Part shown: piece after piece, positions 21,059-29,750 of the stretch
Numbering within the stretch: the first letter of the stretch is position 1
Layout of the letters: each line of letters starts with the position of its first letter
Assembly: GCA_963663475.2 (NCBI GenBank)
Contig: CAXXJV010000001.1
Span: 1,728,001-1,792,000 of the forward strand
Length of the DNA stretch: 64,000 nucleotides
Direction of reading: 5' to 3'
Source of the DNA: Candidatus Cloacimonadales bacterium
Lineage (GTDB): Bacteria > Cloacimonadota > Cloacimonadia > Cloacimonadales > JAFGVF01
Notes under the pieces: model-generated
The model's database searches: none
Seen by the model: only the letters and a program-made list of their open reading frames with translations
Told to the model about the DNA's origin: nothing
Program-made: the position numbers and the translations under genes

Positions 21059-21226
21059 TTAAACCCAAATAATGTAGCAGACCTTTGTGAATAGCAGAAT
21101 CTTTTTTGCAAAAGTAAGCTACATTATTTTCAGGAATATATATTATATGCCTTCAAATTCCGTAACTTATTTTGCTAAAAGAATCTAGCACTCTTCATCA
21201 AAGTTCTACTGCACCATTCTGGTTAA
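21059..21226 (+). repeat. Family A copy (preceded by the right end of another copy at ~21043-21062)
   Basis: ttaaacccaaataatgtagcagacctttgtgaa...aaagttctactgcaccattctggttaa. Confidence 0.85.
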
Positions 21227-21419
21227 AAGAATTAATTTTTCTAAATCCTAGTTAAATAATGGGAGATAATGTTAAATAATATCTAGCAAAGTTATAGATA
21301 ATATTGTCATAGTTTGCAATTACTATTTTTAGGGATAGGTTTGTTAAGACTAACTTAATATCTATTGACAAAATTAAGTCCTCCAGTGATTTGTAGATAA
21401 AAAATCAAAGGGAGAAGGG

Positions 21420-21953
21420 ATGAAAAATAAAAAGAGAAATTTAATAATTTTGTTACTTTTGCTAGTTACAGTAACAATGTTAATTTCAGTAGAAGTCAAA
21501 CAACATTGTGGAAAGCATTTTCCTAAAGCAGACCAGGATTCTTTAAGGGTAACTATTACTGGTATTGTGCAATTAAATGAGAACCAGCTCCAGTTAGTTG
21601 AAGATTCAACAAAGGTAGCTTATAATTTAATTATTCCTGAGAATATGGAAAATGAGATGGATAAAATCCAAATGGGCAAGAGATATAATTTTTCTGGTAA
21701 AAATTCTAGGGGTGGCTTAGTGGTTGAGAAGTATAGTCTATGTCAAGGTGATCATAAGGCAGGTAGCCATCATGTAGATCAAGCTAGATGTATAGGTTGT
21801 AGACTTTGTATTAAGCAGTGTCCTGAGGGGGCAATCACAATGGTAAAAGGCAAAGCAGTAATCGATCAAGACAAGTGCATTGATTGTGGTATTTGTGTTG
21901 ATGGTAACGGTAAATTCAAAGGTTGCCCAGTAAAGGCTATAGAAAAGAAATAG
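21420..21953 (+). CDS. Exported protein with small beta domain and C-terminal 2x[4Fe-4S] ferredoxin
   Basis: Signal peptide; CIGCRLCIKQCP and CIDCGIC-x9-CP; paralog of 2637-2957. Confidence 0.85.
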   Translation: MKNKKRNLIILLLLLVTVTMLISVEVKQHCGKHFPKADQDSLRVTITGIVQLNENQLQLVEDSTKVAYNLIIPENMENEMDKIQMGKRYNFSGKNSRGGLVVEKYSLCQGDHKAGSHHVDQARCIGCRLCIKQCPEGAITMVKGKAVIDQDKCIDCGICVDGNGKFKGCPVKAIEKK

Positions 21954-21962
21954 GAGTCATAA

Positions 21963-22499
21963 ATGAAGAAATCAATAATTTTTATTCTTGTTTTAACAAG
22001 TATTATTTTCACTTTATTTGCAGTTTATCAGATTAACTCTATTAGGTGTAATAATTGTGGAAGGTGTTTGAGTACATGTGATGAGGATGCGATCTATTAT
22101 GATGCTAGTCTTCATAGTTATCAAATTGATCCTGATCTTTGTGAGGATTGTGGTGATTGTGCAGATAGGTGCCCTCGTAATGCAATATCTCAAGTTGCAG
22201 TTTCAAATGACTTAGGTGATGTAAATCCTGTTAGTTTAGAAGTTAGTGTTTTTCCTAATCCAACAGCTTCTAGAGCAGTATTTAAAGTAATTTCTCAAGA
22301 CAGAATAAGTTCAAGAGATTTAGTGATATATAATATTAAGGGTCAAAAAGTTAAAGAATTAAAGTTTGACGAGAAGACTAATTCTGTAGGTTGGGATTTA
22401 ACAGATGACTTAGGAAATAGGGTTCCATCAGGTAATTATTTATTTAAATATTCAACAAGTGATAAAGAAATATCAAAACTTTTAACAGTTATAAAATAG
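21963..22499 (+). CDS. 2x[4Fe-4S] ferredoxin with signal peptide and T9SS/FlgD-type C-terminal sorting domain
   Basis: TLFA signal end; CNNCGRCLSTC and CEDCGDCADRCP; VFPNP...IYNIKGQKV...WDLTDDLGNRVPSGNY. Confidence 0.85.
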   Translation: MKKSIIFILVLTSIIFTLFAVYQINSIRCNNCGRCLSTCDEDAIYYDASLHSYQIDPDLCEDCGDCADRCPRNAISQVAVSNDLGDVNPVSLEVSVFPNPTASRAVFKVISQDRISSRDLVIYNIKGQKVKELKFDEKTNSVGWDLTDDLGNRVPSGNYLFKYSTSDKEISKLLTVIK

Positions 22500-22506
22500 G
22501 ATAATC

Positions 22507-22761
22507 ATGAAAAAAAAGCTATTAACTATTTTAGTAATAGCAGTCATATTTTTAGGGTTCCTCTTTGCTTCTGAAGTAGTAGAGAACCCTTTTGTTCGTA
22601 AATATGATTGCGTTGGTTGTGGAGATTGTCTTGATGCTTGCCCAGTTAATGCAATAGAACTTGTAAATGGGAAAGCTGTAATCGATAATGAGAAGTGTAT
22701 TAACTGCAATATTTGTGTTGGGACCTGTACTTATGATGCCATTGAAGGGGGGCAGCAATGA
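22507..22761 (+). CDS. 2x[4Fe-4S] ferredoxin with signal peptide
   Basis: FLFA signal end; CVGCGDCLDACP and CINCNICVGTC. Confidence 0.88.
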   Translation: MKKKLLTILVIAVIFLGFLFASEVVENPFVRKYDCVGCGDCLDACPVNAIELVNGKAVIDNEKCINCNICVGTCTYDAIEGGQQ

Positions 22762-23003
22762 AGAGAGTAATTATTATATTAGTAGCACTTATTATCTTGT
22801 TTACTTTTATTGCCTGTAAGAAACCAACTGAGAAAGAATATGGAATTGATAAATCATCATGTAATTCTTGTGGTGAATGTATTGCTGTCTGCCCAAGTGA
22901 TGCTATAGAGTATAATCTTGAAGGTAAGGCAGTTATTGATCAAAGTAAGTGTACCAGCTGTGGTGAGTGTATAACAGTCTGTCCTCAAGGAGCTATTTAC
23001 TAA
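22758..23003 (+). CDS. 2x[4Fe-4S] ferredoxin lipoprotein
   Basis: FIAC lipobox followed by KK; CNSCGECIAVCP and CTSCGECITVCP. Confidence 0.88.
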   Translation: MKRVIIILVALIILFTFIACKKPTEKEYGIDKSSCNSCGECIAVCPSDAIEYNLEGKAVIDQSKCTSCGECITVCPQGAIY

Positions 23004-24205
23004 TGAAAAAGCTAGTATTAATCTCATTTTTAATATGTATATGTCTATGTTTAAATGCTTCTTATTGGAATCAGACCAGGTTTTCATTCTATAAATCGCA
23101 AGATACTGAAGTATATGGAGCAGAGAATAACTTTGTTTCTGAAATATTACTTAATAAATTAAATATTCAAGTTCAAATGAATTCTTTGCTTTCGGAGGAA
23201 GGCTTTGATGAACCAAATTCATATGTAACTAATGAAATAAGAAGTCTAGCTACCTACACTTATAATCCTCAATCAAAACTTCTTTTAGGGTATAATATTG
23301 ATTATTATGACTATGATAAAACCCAGAGCTCATTTATCTATAATTGGATTAATCTGCCTGTTCAGCCCCTAGTTAAGAATTATCTCTACTTGATTTCAAA
23401 AAATGAATGGGCTAACTTTACTTTACTAGCTGGTCTGAGAGGAAGAGCAACAGGTATTGATTATAAAATTGGTATACCTGATGCAATAAATTCAGCTCAA
23501 GCAGAACATTATGATGAGTTTTATAAAGATATAGCTTTAGCCTACCAACTTAGTAATAATATTGCTATCTACGCTGTCTATGAAAACAAAACTTTCTATA
23601 GTTCGAATACAAATTTTAATGATCCAGGCAGAGATTTTGATTACACCCATTATGGGGGAGGGGTTAATTTTACTTCTAGAGATTTCTTAGGTGGTAAAAT
23701 ATCCGAAGATTTTCAATACTTAAGAAAAGATTCTGAGCAATATGCAGATTATCAAAGACATAACTTTATTAATAAACTAAGATATAGTTATAATATCACA
23801 CCTACTATAAGCTCATTTGTTTCATATATATCAAAGTTCTCTTATGATGATAAGGAAAAAGAGTTCTATCGTTTAGCTAACATGGTCAGAGTTCAAGCAC
23901 GTTATAACCTAGCTAATTCAAATTATAAGGCATTTCTTATAGCTGGAACTAGTTTAAGTCTAGAAAACTTAAATAGAATTTATTTTGCTTATGCAAAATA
24001 TCCACTAAGTAAGTCATTTTCTCTTTCTCTAGAAGATAGGTATAGTCATAATGTATATAATACTATAATTGCATCTTTAGATTATCAGTTAAATTCTAAC
24101 TTCATGGTTTATTTAGAGAACAGTAATTCACAGTCTTTTAGCAATATAAATACTTACGATTTTAAAAACACACTTACAATAGGTACAAGGATGCTTTTTA
24201 GATGA
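23003..24205 (+). CDS. Probable outer-membrane beta-barrel protein
   Basis: TAATG-coupled ATG at 23003; signal peptide ending CLNA; Tyr/Phe-rich alternating strands; C-terminal TLTIGTRMLFR. Confidence 0.7.
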   Translation: MKKLVLISFLICICLCLNASYWNQTRFSFYKSQDTEVYGAENNFVSEILLNKLNIQVQMNSLLSEEGFDEPNSYVTNEIRSLATYTYNPQSKLLLGYNIDYYDYDKTQSSFIYNWINLPVQPLVKNYLYLISKNEWANFTLLAGLRGRATGIDYKIGIPDAINSAQAEHYDEFYKDIALAYQLSNNIAIYAVYENKTFYSSNTNFNDPGRDFDYTHYGGGVNFTSRDFLGGKISEDFQYLRKDSEQYADYQRHNFINKLRYSYNITPTISSFVSYISKFSYDDKEKEFYRLANMVRVQARYNLANSNYKAFLIAGTSLSLENLNRIYFAYAKYPLSKSFSLSLEDRYSHNVYNTIIASLDYQLNSNFMVYLENSNSQSFSNINTYDFKNTLTIGTRMLFR

Positions 24206-25185
24206 TTACCACATTAATTGAAGGTTTTACTCTTGGCTTTTCAACAGGCACTATATGCCTTGTCTCTTGTACTCCTATCTATCTTCCTTACCTTATATCA
24301 GAGAATAGGTCATTTAGTAAAAATATCTGGAAGGTTCTTGAAATATCACTAGGTAGATTTTTCTCTTATATCGTCTTTGGACTCTTAGCAGGCTGGATAG
24401 GTTCTAATATTGCTACTATTAATCGAGACCTCTTTACTGGGATAGCATATAGTCTGCTATCCCTATTTTTAATTCTTAGTGTAATAAGAACTAATAAGAA
24501 AGAAAAGAAGTGTCACATTCCTGCTTTTGCCAAGATAACCTCATCGGCATTTCTACTTGGTGTTTTTACAGGAATCAACTTCTGTCCTTCCTTCTTGATT
24601 GCACTATCTAAAGCAGTTGACTTAGCAGGTCCCATCTCCGGAGCTCTACTATTTTTAGGTTTCTTCTTCGGAACTTCTATTTTCTTAATACCTTTGGCTT
24701 TCTCTGGCTTTTTAGCTTATATAAAAAACTTAAAGTATGTTGCCCAATTAGCCTCTATAGCTATAGCTGTCTGGTTCCTTTTCTCAGCAGGACTTAAGTT
24801 TTATGATGTCTATAAAAGTACTCAAGCCTACTATCTTGATCCTTCAGCAAGCGATTTTCCAATGACACTAATTATTCAAGAAGATAATCAAGCATATTTT
24901 GCTGAATTAGCAGACTCTCTCTTCAATCTCAAAGCAGAGAACTTCGCCCTGCTTACTATTAAATCAGACTCTCTTAAACTGCAAGAAGTGAATAATAGTA
25001 ACTTGATTTATCTTATAGATGCTGATCTAGTGAAAAATCTAGACCATGAAAAACTATCTCAGATACATTATTATGAAGTTGAAGCAGGCTATCCTGTTCC
25101 AGATATTATTCATTTTCTAAAAAATTCGGTTATGAAGCTGAATAGAGATGATAAAATTCACTTCTCTTTTAGCAGAAAACACTAA
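24202..25185 (+). CDS. DsbD/CcdA-like (DsbD_2/TauE-related) membrane protein with soluble C-terminal domain
   Basis: About 6 TMs with GxxCLVSC, GRFFSY and NFCP motifs. Confidence 0.75.
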   Translation: MITTLIEGFTLGFSTGTICLVSCTPIYLPYLISENRSFSKNIWKVLEISLGRFFSYIVFGLLAGWIGSNIATINRDLFTGIAYSLLSLFLILSVIRTNKKEKKCHIPAFAKITSSAFLLGVFTGINFCPSFLIALSKAVDLAGPISGALLFLGFFFGTSIFLIPLAFSGFLAYIKNLKYVAQLASIAIAVWFLFSAGLKFYDVYKSTQAYYLDPSASDFPMTLIIQEDNQAYFAELADSLFNLKAENFALLTIKSDSLKLQEVNNSNLIYLIDADLVKNLDHEKLSQIHYYEVEAGYPVPDIIHFLKNSVMKLNRDDKIHFSFSRKH

Positions 25186-25320
25186 TTTTACAAACATGAA
25201 TAATGACTAATTTAAAGCAAGTAAAGTAGAATATGAAAAAAAAATGCTTTTATAAGTTATTATTAATTAATAAAAAGCAGATTTATTCATAATAAAAATG
25301 AAAATAAATTAAAAAAACTA

Positions 25321-25349
25321 TTGACAGAAAAACCCCTTTATAGGATATT
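25321..25349 (+). promoter_or_regulatory. Promoter of the tRNA cluster
   Basis: A-rich UP-like tract, then TTGACA-17 bp-GATATT, 20 bp before the first tRNA. Confidence 0.55.
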
Positions 25350-25368
25350 GCTAATACATATTTCGAAC

Positions 25369-25454
25369 GGAGAATTAGTCCTAATTGGTAAGGCAGCGGT
25401 CTTGAAAACCGCCGGGCTCTGCCCTTGGGGGTTCGAGTCCCTCATTCTCCGCCA
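25369..25454 (+). tRNA. tRNA-Ser(TGA)
   Basis: Cloverleaf; gcggt-cttgaaa-accgc anticodon arm; long variable arm; GTTCGAG; CCA end. Confidence 0.95.
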
Positions 25455-25463
25455 TTCTTGAAC

Positions 25464-25554
25464 GGAGAGGTGGCCGAGCGGCTTAAGGCGTGCGCCTGCT
25501 AAGCGTATGTAGGCTAATCCCCTACCGAGGGTTCAAATCCCTCCTTCTCCGCCA
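25464..25554 (+). tRNA. tRNA-Ser(GCT)
   Basis: ctgctaa anticodon loop; long variable arm; GTTCAAA; CCA end. Confidence 0.95.
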
Positions 25555-25584
25555 TTAAAAACATAAAAATTTATAAAATAGTGT

Positions 25585-25659
25585 TGGGCTGTCGTCAAGT
25601 GGTAAGACACATGGTTTTGGTCCATGCATTCCCGGGTTCGAATCCTGGCAGCCCAGCCA
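25585..25659 (+). tRNA. tRNA-Gln(TTG)
   Basis: catgg-ttttggt-ccatg anticodon arm; GTTCGAA; CCA end. Confidence 0.95.
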
Positions 25660-25692
25660 TCACTATTTTATAAATTTTTTTTCTGTTTATAC

Positions 25693-25766
25693 TGGGGTAT
25701 AGTCTAATGGTAGGACAGCAGGTTCTGGCTCTGTGTGTCGGGGTTCGATTCCCTGTACCCCAGCCA
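25693..25766 (+). tRNA. tRNA-Gln(CTG)
   Basis: ttctggc anticodon loop; GTTCGAT; CCA end. Confidence 0.93.
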
Positions 25767-25789
25767 TAAACTCTCTTATTATTTGACCT

Positions 25790-25987
25790 AGATATTACCC
25801 TGTAAGGGTTTAATAAAATGATAAATAATGTATTATCATAAATCTATGGTATATATGATGTTATTTAACCCTTTCAGGGTTAGGCTTTGTTTTACATCCA
25901 GTACCCGGGGTTGCATTCCCTTCAGGAATTTACCCCAGGCTAAACTATTTATCCCCTTTGGGGATTTAAGACTTATCCCTTCAGGAT
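25790..25987 (+). repeat. Family B REP-like composite repeat (centre and right half)
   Basis: Near-identical to 32649-32860; accctgtaagggt, accctttcagggt and cccggggttgc...ccccaggct hairpins. Confidence 0.85.
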
Positions 25988-26086
25988 TTAGGACTTCTAA
26001 TCATCAAAACATACTATTAACAGTATATTCTTACTTGTAACATACTGTCATTCAATTAATATGCTATACTATAAGTCTCTTTTTAT

Positions 26087-26316
26087 CCACCAAACTTGAA
26101 CTTGAGCCAAAGAATGGCTCAAGTTCAAGTTTGGTGGGAATAATATAGGAAAATGAGAATATTTCATTACTATATTGATTCATCAAAAATCCCTGAAAGG
26201 GATAAAATAATTTAGCCCAGGGTAAGATGCTGAAAGTATCGCAAGCCTGGGTAATGATGGCTAGCCCAAAGATATTACCCTGTAAGGGTTTAATAAAATG
26301 ATAAATAATGTATTAT
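26087..26316 (+). repeat. 23 bp perfect hairpin plus family B left half and centre
   Basis: ccaccaaacttgaacttgagcca-aagaa-tggctcaagttcaagtttggtgg; 26116-26316 is near-identical to 32494-32695. Confidence 0.85.
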
Positions 26317-26481
26317 CCTAAATAGTGCAATAGATCTTTGAGAATAGCAGAATATTATTTTGCGAAAATAACTTACATAATTCTTCCGAACATATATATT
26401 ATATGCGTCAGAATTCTGCAAGCTATTTTGCTAAAAGAATCTGCACTCTTCACTAAAGCTCTACTACACTATCTGGGTTAA
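26313..26481 (+). repeat. Family A copy abutting the centre of family B
   Basis: ttatcctaaatagtgcaatagatctttgagaa...ctctactacactatctgggttaa. Confidence 0.85.
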
Positions 26482-26484
26482 AGC

Positions 26485-27438
26485 TTATTTCACATGTTTA
26501 GGTACATATATATTGTCTATATTAGCTTGGTATTCTATTAGCATATTCTCATAAGAAGTCATAACAGATTTCATCTGATTAATCCCACTTTCAGATAGTT
26601 GGATTCTTTCAGGCTCATAGAACCATTTAAGATCAATAGTAATTTTTCCATTAGCTAGCATTTTTTTTAGAACTTCTAGGTTTATTTTAGACTCTTCATC
26701 AAGCAGGTTATAAGAAATACTTCTACTTACAGAGATATTATAATCACTAACAATTAGGGAAGATTTATCATAGAAGATCGAAATATCTGAACTAGTGAAT
26801 TTAATTGTTTCTAGCTCTGGTTCAAGTTGAGATGGATAAAAATATAAATAGATTTGGGGAGCTTTGTAGCCATCAATTTTTACTGCTAGTTTTAAGGGGG
26901 ATGATTTAGAGTAGTAAATTATTGCTGATCCTTCTGATCTTTGATCCGTGATTTCTTTCAAGGATTGTATCTGAGAAAAGTAGCTTTTAAGATGGCTATC
27001 ATTTTCGCTTTTAACTCTTTGTAAGTAGGTAGCTTTAGATTTTTCTACTTGAGGTCTGAAGGCTGAAATATCATAGTTTTTGTTAACAGTATTAAATTTA
27101 AAATCAAATAAGTGTAATTGGTCTTTAACTGCTAAAGAATCAAGAGATTTCAAAGCTTGCAAAGTTTTATTTTCAATATCTTTTTCTAATTCACGCATTA
27201 GAGTAATATCTTCATCTCTTAACTTATCGCCTTTAGCTTCTTCAATGCTGGTTAAGGCTGCTTTATAAAATTCATTATTAAAATCTTCTATGGCAGTTTT
27301 TAAATTTCTATTTCTTACATCACTTTGCTGATATTTAACTTGTGCAGGTTTATTATCAGACTTCTTTTCTCCACAGGCCATACAGAATATTGAGAAGATT
27401 ACTAGGATAAGTGTCAGTTGGATAAAATTCTTCTTCAT
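26485..27438 (-). CDS. Hypothetical lipoprotein
   Basis: CMAC lipobox-like signal, AGGAG RBS; no family recognised. Confidence 0.7.
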   Translation of the reverse strand: MKKNFIQLTLILVIFSIFCMACGEKKSDNKPAQVKYQQSDVRNRNLKTAIEDFNNEFYKAALTSIEEAKGDKLRDEDITLMRELEKDIENKTLQALKSLDSLAVKDQLHLFDFKFNTVNKNYDISAFRPQVEKSKATYLQRVKSENDSHLKSYFSQIQSLKEITDQRSEGSAIIYYSKSSPLKLAVKIDGYKAPQIYLYFYPSQLEPELETIKFTSSDISIFYDKSSLIVSDYNISVSRSISYNLLDEESKINLEVLKKMLANGKITIDLKWFYEPERIQLSESGINQMKSVMTSYENMLIEYQANIDNIYVPKHVK

Positions 27439-27466
27439 TGCGACTCCTTAAGTTACATTGTTTTGA

Positions 27467-27662
27467 TTAACCCTAAATAATGTAGCAGATCTTTTGATTA
27501 GCTGAATATTCTATTGCAAAAGTAAGATCCATAATTTCTCCGAATATATATTATATGCGTCAAAAATTTTGTAAGCTATTTTGCTAGAAGAATCTACACT
27601 TTTCACCTGTGATACTTAGCTTTAGCGAAGTATTACTAAAGTTCTACTACACTATCTGGGTT
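27467..27662 (+). repeat. Family A copy with ~30 bp hairpin insert
   Basis: ttaaccctaaataatgtagcag...cctgtgatacttagctttagcgaagtattac...actatctgggtt. Confidence 0.85.
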
Positions 27663-27966
27663 CGAACTAAATGTATTATTAGGATAGGAGTGTAAATCTG
27701 TCAATATAAAATAAAAAACTACCAAATATAAATAAGAATGTAAAGTAAAAAAGTAATAACTGCTAGGAAATACTCTAGCTGAAATTATATTTTTTCTATA
27801 TGAGGAGATTTATTATATAAGTAATAAGAGCTATCAGTCATTTTGTGAAAATAAGAATCTCCAAAATGACAAAGAAATTAGATTATCCAATTTGTTTGAT
27901 TAAATTTGCTGAATTTTCTAAAACTTTCTTATCTTTCTTTACGGTCTATTGGGCATCAATTAGGCA

Positions 27967-28136
27967 TTAACCCCAATAATGCAGTAGACCTTTGTGAATA
28001 GCAGAATATTCTTCTGCAAAAGTAAGATCCATAAATTCTCCGAATATATAAATTATATGCGTCAAAATTTTGTAAACTATTTTGCTAGAATAATCTGCAC
28101 TCTTCACTAAAGCTCTACTACACTATCTGGGATTAT
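27967..28136 (+). repeat. Family A copy
   Basis: Very close to 3754-3922. Confidence 0.9.
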
Positions 28137-28147
28137 AGATCTAAATC

Positions 28148-28363
28148 TTATTTCTCTACATCATATCCAGCATTCTCAATAGCCTCAATTAAAGTTTCAG
28201 CAGGTATATCTCCTTTAATTTTTACCTCTTTTTTCTTAAGATTGAACTTAAGGTCTTTAACTCCCTCAATATTTTCCAATGCCTTGGTAATAGTAGCTAC
28301 ACAGTGATTACAGTTCATATTTAGAACTTTAAATTTGTTAGTTTTAGTCATTTTTTTTCTCAC
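28148..28363 (-). CDS. copZ: Heavy-metal-associated (HMA) copper chaperone
   Basis: MNCNHC motif, IENAGY end; true start may be the ATG at 28351. Confidence 0.85.
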   Translation of the reverse strand: MRKKMTKTNKFKVLNMNCNHCVATITKALENIEGVKDLKFNLKKKEVKIKGDIPAETLIEAIENAGYDVEK

Positions 28364-28393
28364 TTATTTATTTTATTTGATTTTTAACCCAAA

Positions 28394-29461
28394 TTATGTA
28401 CTTTTAAAGCTCAACTTTAGTTTTCTGCCTAGATATTTACTTAAAGATAAAAGGAAGAAAATTGAAAAGATTATGGTAAGACTTATAAGCCACCAAGAAA
28501 GCTGATCATGTCCTTCTACTATTTCCAATGTCTTAGGGCTAGCATAATTGGTGAGCTGGTAGATATAGTTTATAATATAGCCACCAATAATACCTGTTAC
28601 AGTTATAACTGCTAGATAGATTAGAATAATCTTTTTTCCCATACTCCTAGCAATCAGGGTTATAGTCGCAATATTTGTGGCAGGACCCACCACTAAAAAA
28701 ACAAAAATGGCTCCTGGAAGAAGTCCTTTGCTAAAGAGAGCTAAGGCAATGGGAAGAGAGCTGGTATCGCAAACATAAAGCGGTATTCCTAACAATAAAA
28801 TCACTAAGATTTGCAGAAAATAATTTCCTGCAACATAAGCAAACATTGTATTAGGAATTATTGAAATAAATCCAGCTAAGATTATACCAAGCAGAAGTTG
28901 GGGAGCTAAATCATCCAAAAATTCTATGTAAGAATAGTGGAAAAACTCAGCAAATCTGTTTCTTTTACTAGCTTTATCTTCATGATCAGAACATGTTGAA
29001 CAGCATCCTGAGGAACAAGTAGGGTTTGCTTTAAGAAAATGCTTATCATCTTCTTGATTAGAAAAAAGGTCAGTAACAAAACCACCAATAATCCCTGAAA
29101 AAAGAGCGTATATGGGCTTAAAAATTGCAAAAATTGGGCCTAGCATAGCGTAAGTGGGGACTATGTTGTCTATACCAGTTTGAGGTGTAGATATTAAAAA
29201 AGAGACTGTTGCTCCTGATGAAGCACCACTTTTCTTTAACTGAAAAGCTGTTGGAATTACTCCACAAGAGCAGAGGGGCATAGGAACCCCTAATAAAGAA
29301 GCTTTGACAGATGACCAAAGACCTTTTTTCCCTAAGTATTTAGTAATGAACTCTGTGCCTATGAAAATATGCAAGATACCTGCAAAAGTTAAACCAATGA
29401 ATAAATAGGGGGCTATTGATAAATAGACCTCATAGATTGCCACAAGAATATTTTTTATCAC
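28394..29461 (-). CDS. DUF318/ArsP-family permease (putative Cu/Zn efflux)
   Basis: PLCSCGVIP, FLISTPQTG, PLYVC and GPATN motifs; Cys/His-rich loop. Confidence 0.85.
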   Translation of the reverse strand: MIKNILVAIYEVYLSIAPYLFIGLTFAGILHIFIGTEFITKYLGKKGLWSSVKASLLGVPMPLCSCGVIPTAFQLKKSGASSGATVSFLISTPQTGIDNIVPTYAMLGPIFAIFKPIYALFSGIIGGFVTDLFSNQEDDKHFLKANPTCSSGCCSTCSDHEDKASKRNRFAEFFHYSYIEFLDDLAPQLLLGIILAGFISIIPNTMFAYVAGNYFLQILVILLLGIPLYVCDTSSLPIALALFSKGLLPGAIFVFLVVGPATNIATITLIARSMGKKIILIYLAVITVTGIIGGYIINYIYQLTNYASPKTLEIVEGHDQLSWWLISLTIIFSIFFLLSLSKYLGRKLKLSFKST

Positions 29462-29605
29462 TTAAGTACTCCATTTATATTTACTTATAATAGAATATTA
29501 AGAAGATGTAAGTTAGCAAATATTTTTTACAAGATGATTTTGATTTATCTAAATAATGAATATACTTTTGGCAATATTATCAAAAAGTTCAGATGTTGAG
29601 ACTGT

Positions 29606-29635
29606 TTAACCCAATAATGCACACTATCTGGGATA
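29606..29635 (+). repeat. Collapsed family A (two termini fused)
   Basis: ttaacccaataatgca joined directly to cactatctgggata. Confidence 0.7.
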
Positions 29636-29750
29636 TGCTAGCCAAAGCTTTATCTTAACCCTGGAAGGGAGAAATTATTATTTTTTTTGCCAGCCCCTTA
29701 ACTAAGGTTGAGGAAGATCGGTCTTATCAATACCCTTATCATCCATAATC

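Noticed and set aside
25828-26040. 70 aa ORF and its apparent paralog at 32715-32981
   Set aside because: Both are translations of the family B repeat; they have no RBS and their ends diverge
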